From Candidatus Kapaibacterium sp. (GTDB lineage Bacteria; Bacteroidota; Ignavibacteria; Kapaibacteriales; UBA2268), in assembly GCA_963665665.1 (NCBI GenBank), contig OY762428.1:3712001-3776000 (forward strand): 64,000 bases of DNA, written 5' to 3'. Positions 9,681 to 19,361 of this stretch are shown here, piece by piece. The notes beneath the pieces are model-generated. The model saw only the letters and a program-made list of their open reading frames with translations. It was not told where the DNA came from and did not search any database. Within the stretch, counting starts at the first letter, position 1; each line of letters opens with the position of its first letter. A program made the translations under genes and the position numbers.

Positions 9681-10991
9681 TCATGCGTTTTCAACATCAT
9701 CTTCCCTGCGGTGGCGGTACATGGATATTTGCATGGCTGCAATCGACAAAGCAAGGAAAAATACGCCCAGCGCGAAAATTCCTGAAAATCCGATTATTTC
9801 ATAAAGGCCCACGCCAAGAAGAGGAGCAAAAGAAGCCCTGGCTCCAACAAGAGTAAGATGAACCGACTGGTAATCGGCAGATTCCTCATTACGGCAGAAG
9901 TAAGCCGACCCAATTGCCCAGAGAATACCCATTGTTGCTGCAAAAAAACCGTGGAAAATAAACGCCACAATAAGCATATAATATATCTGCAAGCCGAAAA
10001 TTTCGGTATTGTATGGCACATATTCGGTTATGCCGATAAACAGAATATACAACAGCAGCGACAGGAATGTAATCGAGGCAAATTTCCGGGGGTCGATACT
10101 GTCAAGCATTTTTCCGAAAAACGGCAGCAGTATAATAGCAATAATATTATATGCATTTTTATAAAAGGCAATGGAGGAATAGTTCAGGTCAAGTTCTTCG
10201 GCAAGGAAAATAGTTATCACGCTTATTGTCAGCATAAATGAAAATCCGTACAGCATAAAACCTATCTCGAAATCACGGTACGGTTTATTACTAAGTATAA
10301 TATCTTTCATCCTGATAACAGACTGCCAGGCACTGCTCATAATTCCCCCACCGTTTCTTTCCGGCTCAATTCCCGGATCGAGAAGAGAAAGCAGGTAAAT
10401 GGAACTAATACCGAGAACAGCTAATAGCGGGTAAATATAAGTAAAGGCATAATTGTCGAAATCCAGCAGCAGCCCAAACAGGAAGGTTATTACCAGCATC
10501 ACAATTTTGTTGGTACTGGTGGCAATACTGTACAGCCTGCCAAAATGCGAAGCCATGTAATTTGTTTTTAGAAACAGGTTTATCGTTGGAAGGATGATAG
10601 GCTGAGCCAGGTAGAAAAGCAGGAAAATTGCCAGGAATATATAGTGATAAATACTGCCGGCCTGGTGATATTCGTGCCCCACGGGAAAGAAAGCCAGCAA
10701 AGCCAGGGGAAGCCTTGTTATCAAAGCAACTATCCTGAGAAGTTTTTTCTTTCTGAATCTTTTTACAACCTGGTTCAAAATTACAGTTACAAGCAAAACC
10801 ACAGTGCTGAACTGAAACAGCACCCCAAGCTGGAAATTTGTGCCGTGCAGGCTTTTCAGGAAAATAAATTCGTTAAGGGCAAGAGCGCCAAGTATAATCC
10901 CCTCGATTATCGAATATATCAGGTGTATTCGAAACACTTTTTTCTCGTTATTTTCCAGGCCTTTAAGCATCAGTTTTCCATCAGTTATCAA
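9681..10991 (-). CDS. MFS transporter
   Basis: About 12 hydrophobic segments, FFGKMLD loop motif. Start could be ATG 10970. Confidence 0.85.
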   Translation of the reverse strand: MITDGKLMLKGLENNEKKVFRIHLIYSIIEGIILGALALNEFIFLKSLHGTNFQLGVLFQFSTVVLLVTVILNQVVKRFRKKKLLRIVALITRLPLALLAFFPVGHEYHQAGSIYHYIFLAIFLLFYLAQPIILPTINLFLKTNYMASHFGRLYSIATSTNKIVMLVITFLFGLLLDFDNYAFTYIYPLLAVLGISSIYLLSLLDPGIEPERNGGGIMSSAWQSVIRMKDIILSNKPYRDFEIGFMLYGFSFMLTISVITIFLAEELDLNYSSIAFYKNAYNIIAIILLPFFGKMLDSIDPRKFASITFLSLLLYILFIGITEYVPYNTEIFGLQIYYMLIVAFIFHGFFAATMGILWAIGSAYFCRNEESADYQSVHLTLVGARASFAPLLGVGLYEIIGFSGIFALGVFFLALSIAAMQISMYRHRREDDVENA

Positions 10992-11258
10992 TCCTAACCT
11001 GCAAATATACGATTAAATTATCCGATTATTTCGTGGAAGTTTATTTTACGCATTACTAATCCAATTAGTTAGCCAGCATAATGATTTTCAGATTCCAGTG
11101 CAATTATTCTTAGGAATAGATATAATTAGTATTTAAGTAACATAATATCAATGTTTATTTTGCGGGATAATGTCATTTCTATAATTCAAAAATTCTTTTT
11201 TAAACAAAAATATTCCATTTTTCCCTTGATTCTGAAACATATTTCAACTATTTTCGTT

Positions 11259-11297
11259 ATATCAATAAAATATCATTATGATATCACTTTAATATCA
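11259..11297 (+). promoter_or_regulatory. Four ATATCA repeats at 11-bp spacing; putative Arc/RHH operator
   Basis: ATATCA at 11259, 11270, 11281 and 11292, directly upstream of the SPFH RBS (AAGGAG). Confidence 0.65.
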
Positions 11298-11313
11298 ACT
11301 GAAGGAGTCCGAA

Positions 11314-12207
11314 ATGAAAAGTAAATACGAAAAAAAAGCTTTCAAGGTGAATGGTTTCGTAATGCTCATCCTGAATATTGCAATACTGGGGGGCGGCCTT
11401 TGGCTGCTTATTCCTAAAACATCGATTTTGTTTGGCATAATCTGCCTTGTGTTGTTTGTACTTATAGCCCCCGGTTACTTTGCGGTACAGCCAAACGAAT
11501 CACGAGTACTAATATTCTTCGGTTCATATACGGGCATGGTATCAACTACGGGCTTCTGGTGGGCAAACCCGTTTGCACAAAAAGTAAAGGTTTCGCTCAG
11601 GGTACACAACTTCGAATCATCCAAAATGAAAGTTAACGACAAAACCGGTAATCCGATTGAAATAGCAGCTGTAGTTTCCTGGAAAGTGGTGGATCCCGGC
11701 AAGGCAACATTTGATGTTGAGCAGTATATGTCCTATATTTCCACTCAGAGTGAAACAGCTATCAGGACGATAGCTACAAATTATCCCTACGATACTTTCA
11801 ACGAGGAGTTACCAGGCAGCTTAAAAGTTGCTTCCGATGAAGATCAGATATCTCTTCGTGAGAATTCGGAAAAAATATCCGAGGAGATGAAAAAGGAACT
11901 TGGCGACAGGCTGGATATTGCAGGTGTAGAAGTTCTCGAAGCAAGGATAACCCACCTGGCATACGCCCCTGAAATTGCTCAGGCAATGCTGCGCCGCCAG
12001 CAGGCAGAAGCTATAATCATGGCAAGAAAGAAAATCGTTGACGGAGCTGTTGGTATGGTTGAAATGGCACTTAAACACTTAGACGAAGGAAACATAGTTG
12101 ATCTGGACGATGAAAAGAAGGCCAGTATGATAAATAACCTGCTCGTTACATTAACGTCTGACAGGGAAACACAGCCGGTAGTAAACACTGGAACTCTTTA
12201 TACCTGA
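11314..12207 (+). CDS. SPFH (band 7) domain membrane protein
   Basis: Two N-terminal TM segments, KVNDKTGNPIEIAAVV, LAYAPEIAQAMLRRQQA, VVNTGTLY. Confidence 0.93.
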   Translation: MKSKYEKKAFKVNGFVMLILNIAILGGGLWLLIPKTSILFGIICLVLFVLIAPGYFAVQPNESRVLIFFGSYTGMVSTTGFWWANPFAQKVKVSLRVHNFESSKMKVNDKTGNPIEIAAVVSWKVVDPGKATFDVEQYMSYISTQSETAIRTIATNYPYDTFNEELPGSLKVASDEDQISLRENSEKISEEMKKELGDRLDIAGVEVLEARITHLAYAPEIAQAMLRRQQAEAIIMARKKIVDGAVGMVEMALKHLDEGNIVDLDDEKKASMINNLLVTLTSDRETQPVVNTGTLYT

Positions 12208-12228
12208 TAAAAAAACGGATTAAATGGC

Positions 12229-12393
12229 ATGGCACAAAAAAAACAATTTCCATTGAGAATTGATCAGAAACTCTATGAAAGTTTGAAAAAATGGGCAGAT
12301 GATGACTTCAGAAGCATTAATGCACACATAGAGTTCCTGCTTAGGGAGGCTGTGCGGAAATCCGGCAGGGAGAAAAAGGATAAAGAGAAGTAG
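12229..12393 (+). CDS. Arc-like ribbon-helix-helix DNA-binding protein (54 aa; absent from ORF track)
   Basis: MAQKKQFPLRIDQKLYESLKKWADDDFRSINAHIEFLLREAV: FPLRI beta-strand and RSIN motif, right after the SPFH gene. Confidence 0.88.
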   Translation: MAQKKQFPLRIDQKLYESLKKWADDDFRSINAHIEFLLREAVRKSGREKKDKEK

Positions 12394-12614
12394 AATTGAA
12401 ATATATCAAATGATTAATAAAAAACAAACCGTCTGCTTAGTATTTAAGTTGACGGTTTTGGTATTAAGGCAAAGAAGAATTGTGACTTCGATTACAACGG
12501 GTTATAGGGCAAAAATAATTTTTCCGATCCATTTTTTAAACAGTTTATTTCGCATTACGCATAATTGCGTTACGCAGATTAGCGTAATTTAGCCATATTT
12601 CTAATAAATCGTAT

Positions 12615-12638
12615 AAAAAAAAGAGGCTTACCAGCCTC
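12615..12638 (-). terminator. Intrinsic terminator of VTC-DUF4956-DUF2490 operon
   Basis: GAGGCT/AGCCTC stem with an A8 run on its left (U-tail on the minus strand). Confidence 0.65.
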
Positions 12639-12673
12639 CTTATATTTAAAATTTATGTAATATTCATGGGTAA

Positions 12674-13330
12674 TTATAATTCTATTGTATAGAATAAACC
12701 TATAACCCTTTTGATATCAATTTTTTTCATATTGAATTCACTGTCGTAAGTGTAGTGAAGTGTTAACTTCTGATTCTTGGCTATTTTGAAATCTGTTCCG
12801 ATCCTGAGCCTGTAACTGTTGAACCTGTCGCCTTTGTCGTAATTGAAGCGGTAAAAAAGCTCTCCTGAAATGAAAGGATCAACAGGGCCTTTGATATTGT
12901 AATACAGCTCCAGCCTGTTCCTCAGATAATATTCATTATCCTTATCCTGATTGGGTTCATTATCGAATCTAAGGCGATATTCCATGCTTAATCTTTTAAT
13001 TTCTTTCTCCGCGTATGCTGAGAGGATCAACACATGATTTTTTTCATCAGTTCTGCTTTTCAATCTGTAGAATGCAGCAAATTTCATAAAATCAAGTGGT
13101 TTATACTGAACACCGATATCTATCAGGTTGCTTTCGAATTTTGAAATATCCTGATCGAAGCGAATTTGCTCACTAACCTGCAGCTCGAATAACTCATGAA
13201 TATCATACTGCACTTCAACGCCGGACCACATATTAAGATCGTTAGATTTAATTTTTCCGGCCATCAGGTTTGTAGTAATTAACAAATTGAGCAATAAAAC
13301 AAGAATCAGCTTCTTATGGCTTTTGTACAT
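12674..13330 (-). CDS. DUF2490-family outer-membrane beta-barrel protein
   Basis: Signal peptide, YRLRF..YLRNRL..PFISGELFY amphipathic strands; last gene of a VTC/DUF4956 operon. Confidence 0.75.
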   Translation of the reverse strand: MYKSHKKLILVLLLNLLITTNLMAGKIKSNDLNMWSGVEVQYDIHELFELQVSEQIRFDQDISKFESNLIDIGVQYKPLDFMKFAAFYRLKSRTDEKNHVLILSAYAEKEIKRLSMEYRLRFDNEPNQDKDNEYYLRNRLELYYNIKGPVDPFISGELFYRFNYDKGDRFNSYRLRIGTDFKIAKNQKLTLHYTYDSEFNMKKIDIKRVIGLFYTIEL

Positions 13331-13955
13331 TTGTCCTGCCCTTAATATCCTCGTTATAAAATACCTTTATGTTCACAATATCTTTTAAAAAATCAATTTT
13401 CCCGATCTCGAACCTGTGAATATTCAGGCCTGTTCTTTCCCTGAGGTCAGCCATAAGTTCATCATGATTTTCCGGCTTGATCAAATCGATTTTTTCATAT
13501 AAGATATTTCTTTTCAGCTCGTTTTTTACCCATGATTTTTCAAGAACGAAGGTGAAGCCTATTATAATAATATTAGTAAACAACACCTGAATAAGCCCTA
13601 CCGCGTGACTGCTTATAGCATTTATAATAGCTATACTTATTGATATGAACATATAGGTCATTTCTTTGATAGGAACCGTTTCGGTACGGTATCTTAATAT
13701 CGAGAAAATCGCAAAAATACCAAAAGCAAATCCAAGGCTTAGCTTTACGCTGTTCAGAAGATAGCAAACAAAGAATATTATCAGGTTGAACATGAACATG
13801 GTAAAAAGATAATCCCTGCTCGGATGTATTCTGAAATATATTTGCCTGACAATAATATAAATAACCCCCAGGTTAATCAGGAACCGGAAGGCAAAGTCAA
13901 GAGTATTTACGCCGTCGAGAAGTTTAATACCAAATAGGGTTTCCATTTCCACCAT
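13314..13955 (-). CDS. DUF4956 family membrane protein
   Basis: LSLGFAFGIFAIFSILRYRTETVPIKEMTYMF signature; DLRERTGL. Confidence 0.9.
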   Translation of the reverse strand: MVEMETLFGIKLLDGVNTLDFAFRFLINLGVIYIIVRQIYFRIHPSRDYLFTMFMFNLIIFFVCYLLNSVKLSLGFAFGIFAIFSILRYRTETVPIKEMTYMFISISIAIINAISSHAVGLIQVLFTNIIIIGFTFVLEKSWVKNELKRNILYEKIDLIKPENHDELMADLRERTGLNIHRFEIGKIDFLKDIVNIKVFYNEDIKGRTNVQKP

Positions 13956-14706
13956 TACATATTTTGTTAATCATCAACATTTTAGATTTATACCTGTTGT
14001 ATTTGATATTGGGTACGGTAAGTATATTACCGGTGCAATATTTACTAACAGATTCTTCTCTTATACCGTGCTTTATCATTAATTTCCGGAAAGTGGTATT
14101 TACAGAATTCTTTGATATTTTCACCTCGGCAATTGCCAATTCAGACAAACTCATGTTTTTTTCCGAACTTTCAAACTCCAGGTCGAAATCGAAAGTAATT
14201 TTCTCATTATCTCTCTTATTCAGCAGAGTTATTCTGCGATACCTGACCTTTAATCCGGGGACAATATTTTCGGGATCAATATCATGATTTTTAAGCAGTT
14301 GCATTTCATCCGGCCTGAGATGCCCGTTTAAACCGGGAATTTTTATCCGGTACTTTTCGGTAAGGCCTTTGTTGCTTTTTGTTTTCAGCTCAAAGAATGA
14401 AATATCTGCATCAACATAATGTCTTGCTCTTATTTTATATCTTGCCGCTTTGCCGTTAACATGCATTCTGTGCAAAAACAGATCTTCGGTATCATAATAC
14501 TGATTATCATACTGAAAGCATCGTTTTTCCTTTACCTGAAGTATATCGTAATCATCTTTAAGTTCATCAAGCATTTCAGGGATTATTTCGGTATTGAATA
14601 TGTACTTTGTGTCATATCTGTCAAGAAGTTTCATTTCCTCCAAATCAGATAATCCTATTGGATTGTATTCTGCCAAAATTTTTTCAATATTTTCTCTGCA
14701 GGCCAT
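13924..14706 (-). CDS. VTC (polyphosphate polymerase-like, CYTH/TTM) domain protein
   Basis: RYDTKY, YYDTEDL, RYKIRARHY, FFELKTK, RITL..KITFD, SKYCTG. Confidence 0.88.
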   Translation of the reverse strand: MACRENIEKILAEYNPIGLSDLEEMKLLDRYDTKYIFNTEIIPEMLDELKDDYDILQVKEKRCFQYDNQYYDTEDLFLHRMHVNGKAARYKIRARHYVDADISFFELKTKSNKGLTEKYRIKIPGLNGHLRPDEMQLLKNHDIDPENIVPGLKVRYRRITLLNKRDNEKITFDFDLEFESSEKNMSLSELAIAEVKISKNSVNTTFRKLMIKHGIREESVSKYCTGNILTVPNIKYNRYKSKMLMINKICNGGNGNPIWY

Positions 14707-15001
14707 AAAATCATTCCCGGATAAAAAAAAACTACTTATTAAAAAGAGACACAAATTTTCATAATGGTTAATATTTTGTTAATAAAATTTTGCCAGAATT
14801 ATTAAATTAACATATTCACTTACCTATATAGACACACGAAACAGCAAAAAGTCTTAAAAAATAATTACAAAAAATTTTATTTTTTTTATAAACCGAAAAT
14901 TAACAAAAAATACCTACAAAATTAACACAATTTTTCAAGCTATAAAACTGTGAATTTTTCTATATTTATTGATTAACTGTTTTTTGAAAAAAAGTAACGC
15001 T

Positions 15002-15499
15002 ATGAATAAAAAATCTAAAGTATTTATTAACCTTACTAACGGAATTGAAGCAATAGATAAGTACAATCTCGATCCTGATAATGTTTCATTTTTACGTATT
15101 CAGTCTTCACATTGCGAAGGCCATTCCTGGGACAGAATGCTGCTTGATCTGGACAATAACCTGCTGATGCATCTTGCGCTTGGCTATGAATGTATTGTTT
15201 ATGATTTCGGGGCGCATACGGAATACAGCAAGGCTGTATATATAGGGTTGGAATGGATAAAATACTGCCTGAACAGGCGCTGGTTTAACAGGATTGCAAA
15301 GCCGATAGTTAAGGGAAAGGATATATCAAATTATTTCGAAGTTGAGTACGCCAAGCTAAGCAAATACGCAAAAAAGAAAATTGACTATTACAAAAAATTC
15401 CTGCTGACCGATGAAATTAAACTTAACGGCATATCGACAATAACCGAACATGATAATAAGAATGAATATTATATTGATTTGGTAAAAGATATTTATTAA
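15002..15499 (+). CDS. Hypothetical protein
   Basis: 165-aa ORF with FINLTNGIE, RIQSSHCE and IVYDFG segments; no family assignable by eye. Confidence 0.75.
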   Translation: MNKKSKVFINLTNGIEAIDKYNLDPDNVSFLRIQSSHCEGHSWDRMLLDLDNNLLMHLALGYECIVYDFGAHTEYSKAVYIGLEWIKYCLNRRWFNRIAKPIVKGKDISNYFEVEYAKLSKYAKKKIDYYKKFLLTDEIKLNGISTITEHDNKNEYYIDLVKDIY

Positions 15500-15511
15500 G
15501 CATATAAAACG

Positions 15512-15550
15512 AAAAAAAAGAGCTCCGATCGATAGATGAAGCTCTTTCTT
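15512..15550. terminator. Bidirectional intrinsic terminator between convergent genes
   Basis: AAAAAAAAGAGCT...AGCTCTTTCTT inverted repeat. Confidence 0.6.
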
Positions 15551-15566
15551 CAATCAAATTCTCCTG

Positions 15567-16337
15567 CTACCTTTTCTTCATTTCCTTGCTCATTACCACG
15601 CGTCTGCAACGTTTTTTCCAGTCGCTGCCTGATTCACCCTGTTTCTTTTCGAGCAATTCGTTCTCGCCGGCAGATTTTACTTCCATCAGCGCTACCGGTA
15701 CGCCGCGTTTCTGCAACTCGTCGAAGAGGAATTGTGCGCGATTCTCGCCAAGCTTCATGTTTGCTGCGTCGGAGCCGTCGCTGTCCGTATGCCCGGTAAT
15801 TATAATCTTGCTAATATAATCTTTATATTTGTTCAAGTCCTCGGCAACCTGCTCAAGAGCTAATTGCCATGTATCTGTTGATTCGTTTCCATCATCGTCC
15901 AGAACAAAAGGATAAGGATTATCAAATTTATTAGTCGGGAAGTTTAGCCTGAGCTGCAATTCCGATGGGAGATAAAAATCGTGTTCAATTTCTTCAACCG
16001 AATCCCTGATACTTACCCGGGTTGCCCAGGTATCATAGAATAGTTCCGGTGCCTGGGCTTTAATGTCCAGATCCACACCTCTCGGAATTGTAACGGTATA
16101 AAATCCGTTTGCATCGGCTTTTACTTCTGCAAGGACTTTTTGCTGTGATGCTTCCCGTATGGTAACATCAGCATTTGGCACAAGCTGATTTGATACTTTG
16201 TTGTAAACATTGCCCTTTAGTATCAGTGTCATGGGCTTTTTGGCTTTAGGAATTCCCGGAAGCTGCTGCCTGTCCTGAGCCATCAATCCGGGAACAAAGA
16301 ATAAACAAATAAGCATATAGATAATAATTTTTTTCAT
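15567..16337 (-). CDS. OmpA-like C-terminal (peptidoglycan-binding) domain protein with N-terminal beta-sandwich
   Basis: Signal peptide MKKIII..., ADANGFYTV, ITGHTDSDGSDAANMKLGENRA, RRV. Confidence 0.85.
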   Translation of the reverse strand: MKKIIIYMLICLFFVPGLMAQDRQQLPGIPKAKKPMTLILKGNVYNKVSNQLVPNADVTIREASQQKVLAEVKADANGFYTVTIPRGVDLDIKAQAPELFYDTWATRVSIRDSVEEIEHDFYLPSELQLRLNFPTNKFDNPYPFVLDDDGNESTDTWQLALEQVAEDLNKYKDYISKIIITGHTDSDGSDAANMKLGENRAQFLFDELQKRGVPVALMEVKSAGENELLEKKQGESGSDWKKRCRRVVMSKEMKKR

Positions 16338-16356
16338 CTTTTTCTCCGGTTTGGGT

Positions 16357-17739
16357 TTAAGGTTCGGTAAATTCAACATCGCCATCAGAATCAGACAGCC
16401 TTATCAGGCCGTGCAGCTTAACGGAATCCAGCCCGAGATAAGCTCTTTCATATCCTTTCAGGTTGTATAGCTGTACCTGTCCGTTATGGTTCGAGGACGT
16501 TCCACAGAATACAGTCAGTTTTCCGTAAATATTCCATGTTCTTAGCTGGCCGTTGCCGTCGGAACTTGTTCCAACATAAGATGTCATGTTGCCCTTAGTG
16601 TTCCATGTCCTCATCTGGCCGTTGCCTTCTGTACTGGTACCAACGAAAGCAGTCATTTGGTCTGCTGAATTAAATAGTTGAAGCTGGCCGTTTTCTTTCA
16701 GGTTAGTACCGAAGTTCCCGGTTTCATTTCCGGACTTTGCAAAAGTCTGAAGCAGGCCGTGACCGTCTGCTGTAGTACCGATATTTGCAGTTTCATTTCC
16801 AGCTTTACCAAAAGTATGCATAATACCTCTGCCATCTTCTGTTGTGCCAATATTTGCAGTTTCATTTTTACTTTTGTTGTATGTATGAAGTAGTCCGTTT
16901 TCATCTTTTGTTGTTTCGGCATAGATGGTTTTAACGCCGTTGGTATTTGCAAGATACATTTCACCGTTAGCGCTTTCATCAGAACCGATAAAACCGATAA
17001 ACTTTGAATCCTTATTATAAATATTCATTGCTGCTCCGCCTGCACCGGAATAAATAATTGCAGAAGTATCACCTGCCGGGGAATTTATCTGTACCAGGCC
17101 GCTACCGTCAACTACTGTTCCGATATAGGAGCTTATTTGATCGTCCTTGTTCCAGGTTTTAAGTTCCCCGCCCTTGTTGCTGTTTATTCCAAATACAGCC
17201 ACAGTATCTCCCGATTGGTTATAGGCCGAGAATAATCCTGCATATATCCTGCCGGTAAGACTACCTTCGGGAACTTTGTACAGATTCAGGTAGCCGTTCC
17301 TGTCGCCGTCAACAGAACCCAGCTCTGTGGTAATATTTCCGTCTCTGTCTTTAGTTCTGAGCATTCCTGTTTCTTTATTGTCCGTACCGAAATACCCTGA
17401 TTCCTTTCCATTGCCGTTATAAGTAATCAGCATTCCGGCATTCTGCGTGCCTGTACCTGCATATACAGAAACTTTTTCGTCGATATTGTAAGTCATCACA
17501 ACACCGCTGCCGCCCTGGTCGGTACCAAAATATCCGGTAACCTTTCCGTCACTGTTATAGGTTCTCAGGAAACCGTCGGTAAGCACTCCGACAACATTTC
17601 CGTCATCATCGACGATCGAGATTTGCTTAACAAAAAGATTCTCATAAGTAGCGCCAATCGGTGAAGCTCCTACAATAACAATCAGCAAAAGCATTGAGAG
17701 CATTCCGATTATCAGGCTTTTGGGGTCAATTTTTTTCAT
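16357..17739 (-). CDS. Secreted/anchored protein made of ~18 tandem 23-aa Gly-rich beta repeats
   Basis: N-terminal hydrophobic helix; units such as GLLHTYNKSKNETANIGTTEDGR and GIMHTFGKAGNETANIGTTADGH; 18-bp DNA identity at 16781 and 16850 (69-bp period). Confidence 0.85.
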   Translation of the reverse strand: MKKIDPKSLIIGMLSMLLLIVIVGASPIGATYENLFVKQISIVDDDGNVVGVLTDGFLRTYNSDGKVTGYFGTDQGGSGVVMTYNIDEKVSVYAGTGTQNAGMLITYNGNGKESGYFGTDNKETGMLRTKDRDGNITTELGSVDGDRNGYLNLYKVPEGSLTGRIYAGLFSAYNQSGDTVAVFGINSNKGGELKTWNKDDQISSYIGTVVDGSGLVQINSPAGDTSAIIYSGAGGAAMNIYNKDSKFIGFIGSDESANGEMYLANTNGVKTIYAETTKDENGLLHTYNKSKNETANIGTTEDGRGIMHTFGKAGNETANIGTTADGHGLLQTFAKSGNETGNFGTNLKENGQLQLFNSADQMTAFVGTSTEGNGQMRTWNTKGNMTSYVGTSSDGNGQLRTWNIYGKLTVFCGTSSNHNGQVQLYNLKGYERAYLGLDSVKLHGLIRLSDSDGDVEFTEP

Positions 17740-17910
17740 TGATCACCTCGAGTATATTAATGAAATGAATATTTTAATTTCTTAGTTCCGGCTTTGTAAT
17801 TCATTTTTCCGTACCGCATATCTTTTGGTATGGGAAATATAATAAAAAAATTCTATCTTGCAATTAAAGGAATGTAAATAAATAGTTAATTTTTGTGTTA
17901 TTTGAAAGTA

Positions 17911-19161
17911 ATGAGTGAAAACAAGAAAATATTAGTTCTCATAATATCATCTTTTTTTATTTCATTTTCGCTATGCTTCGATTTCTTCAGCCCGGAACAT
18001 TTGCAAAGCGATTATTTAACATTTTATTCAGCAAGCCTGTCCGCAGAAACCGGAAACGATCCTTATATTGTCGAAAACCTTGTAATATCTTCCGGATATG
18101 AATCTGTTTATCCATATTTGTATACACCTTTTCCTCTGACGGTATTTTCTGTTTTCAACAGCGGCAATTTTATACTATCACAGACATTATGGGCAATTTT
18201 TAATATTATCATATTCCAGTTAATTATTTCTTTGGTGTTTAAGATAGTTAATAATGATCAAACGATGAAGTTTACCGACAACTCCGGTAAAAGGGGTAAT
18301 TATTTTTTCCTGTTCAGTTCATTTATTATGATATTCATCCTTCTTGCTTTCAGGGAAAATATCAAAATCGGACAGGTTAATATACTTACTTTATTATTTA
18401 TCAGCATGGCAATTTATGCTGCGCAAAAAGGGAAAAGCGATATTTCCGGGCTGTCCATGGCAGCAGCAATTTTAATAAAAACAAGCCCGGCTTTGCTGAT
18501 TATTCCTTTGGTATATAGGTTAAAATTTAAGTTTATCAGGGGATTGGTTGTGGGTTTGGCTGCATTCTTTTTAATCTCAGTTCTGCAATTCGGATTAGAG
18601 CCCTGGCAGCAATACCTTGATTTTTTAGGTACGATCCGGGGATATTCGGAAATACCGGGATTGTTCAAATATACTGTAGCTTTCAATAATTCCCTGTTGT
18701 CTTTGAGCGGAAGAATCCTGGGTGAAACCAGTGCCGCTTATTCAGCATATTATCTGGGAATTATCATCATTATCATCATTATAGTTTTTAAGCAGAGAAA
18801 ACTTATTCAATGGAGTGCAGTTGATTTTCTGCCATGGCTAACCCTTATGGTGATAGCCTCGCCATTGTCCTACAGGCATCATTCGATATATTTATATGCT
18901 CCTTCAGTTGCGATGCTTATTTCTCTTTATTCAAAAAAAAATTACCGGGGCAGGTATTTTTCAATTTCATTGTTCCTGATATTTCTTGCATGGTGCGGGT
19001 ATAATTTCCTCAGGCATTATGTTCCGCTTATCGAAGCCGGACGTGATATGACATTTATATCAGGCCTGGGGCTGTTCGGATATATTGCAATCTTTATTTT
19101 TTATTTCTTCATTAACGACAAATTCAAAACTGTTGGGAACAGTCAGACTGAAGATATTTAA
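17911..19161 (+). CDS. GT-C glycosyltransferase, family 87 (DUF2029-like)
   Basis: SDYLTFY, YPYLYTP, GQVNIL and IKTSP motifs; multi-pass membrane protein. Confidence 0.85.
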   Translation: MSENKKILVLIISSFFISFSLCFDFFSPEHLQSDYLTFYSASLSAETGNDPYIVENLVISSGYESVYPYLYTPFPLTVFSVFNSGNFILSQTLWAIFNIIIFQLIISLVFKIVNNDQTMKFTDNSGKRGNYFFLFSSFIMIFILLAFRENIKIGQVNILTLLFISMAIYAAQKGKSDISGLSMAAAILIKTSPALLIIPLVYRLKFKFIRGLVVGLAAFFLISVLQFGLEPWQQYLDFLGTIRGYSEIPGLFKYTVAFNNSLLSLSGRILGETSAAYSAYYLGIIIIIIIIVFKQRKLIQWSAVDFLPWLTLMVIASPLSYRHHSIYLYAPSVAMLISLYSKKNYRGRYFSISLFLIFLAWCGYNFLRHYVPLIEAGRDMTFISGLGLFGYIAIFIFYFFINDKFKTVGNSQTEDI

Positions 19162-19282
19162 CGTCGATAGAAATACCTATCACCTGACCATTGACTGATC
19201 AGGAAAAGCCCTGATAACTTAATTTTTATAAGTACGTGGAATACAATCGGATATGGTTTCAAAGCTCAACTTTGCAGGAAAA

Positions 19283-19311
19283 CTCCTTCCCAAGAATGTC
19301 TTGAGAAGGAG
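19283..19311. repeat. Hairpin repeat CTCCTTCCCAAG..CTTGAGAAGGAG
   Basis: Near-identical to 1050-1077; lies between convergent genes. Confidence 0.65.
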
Positions 19312-19361
19312 GATAAAAACTGTTGCATACCTGTATGTGACAATGCAATTTTTTTATTTTA

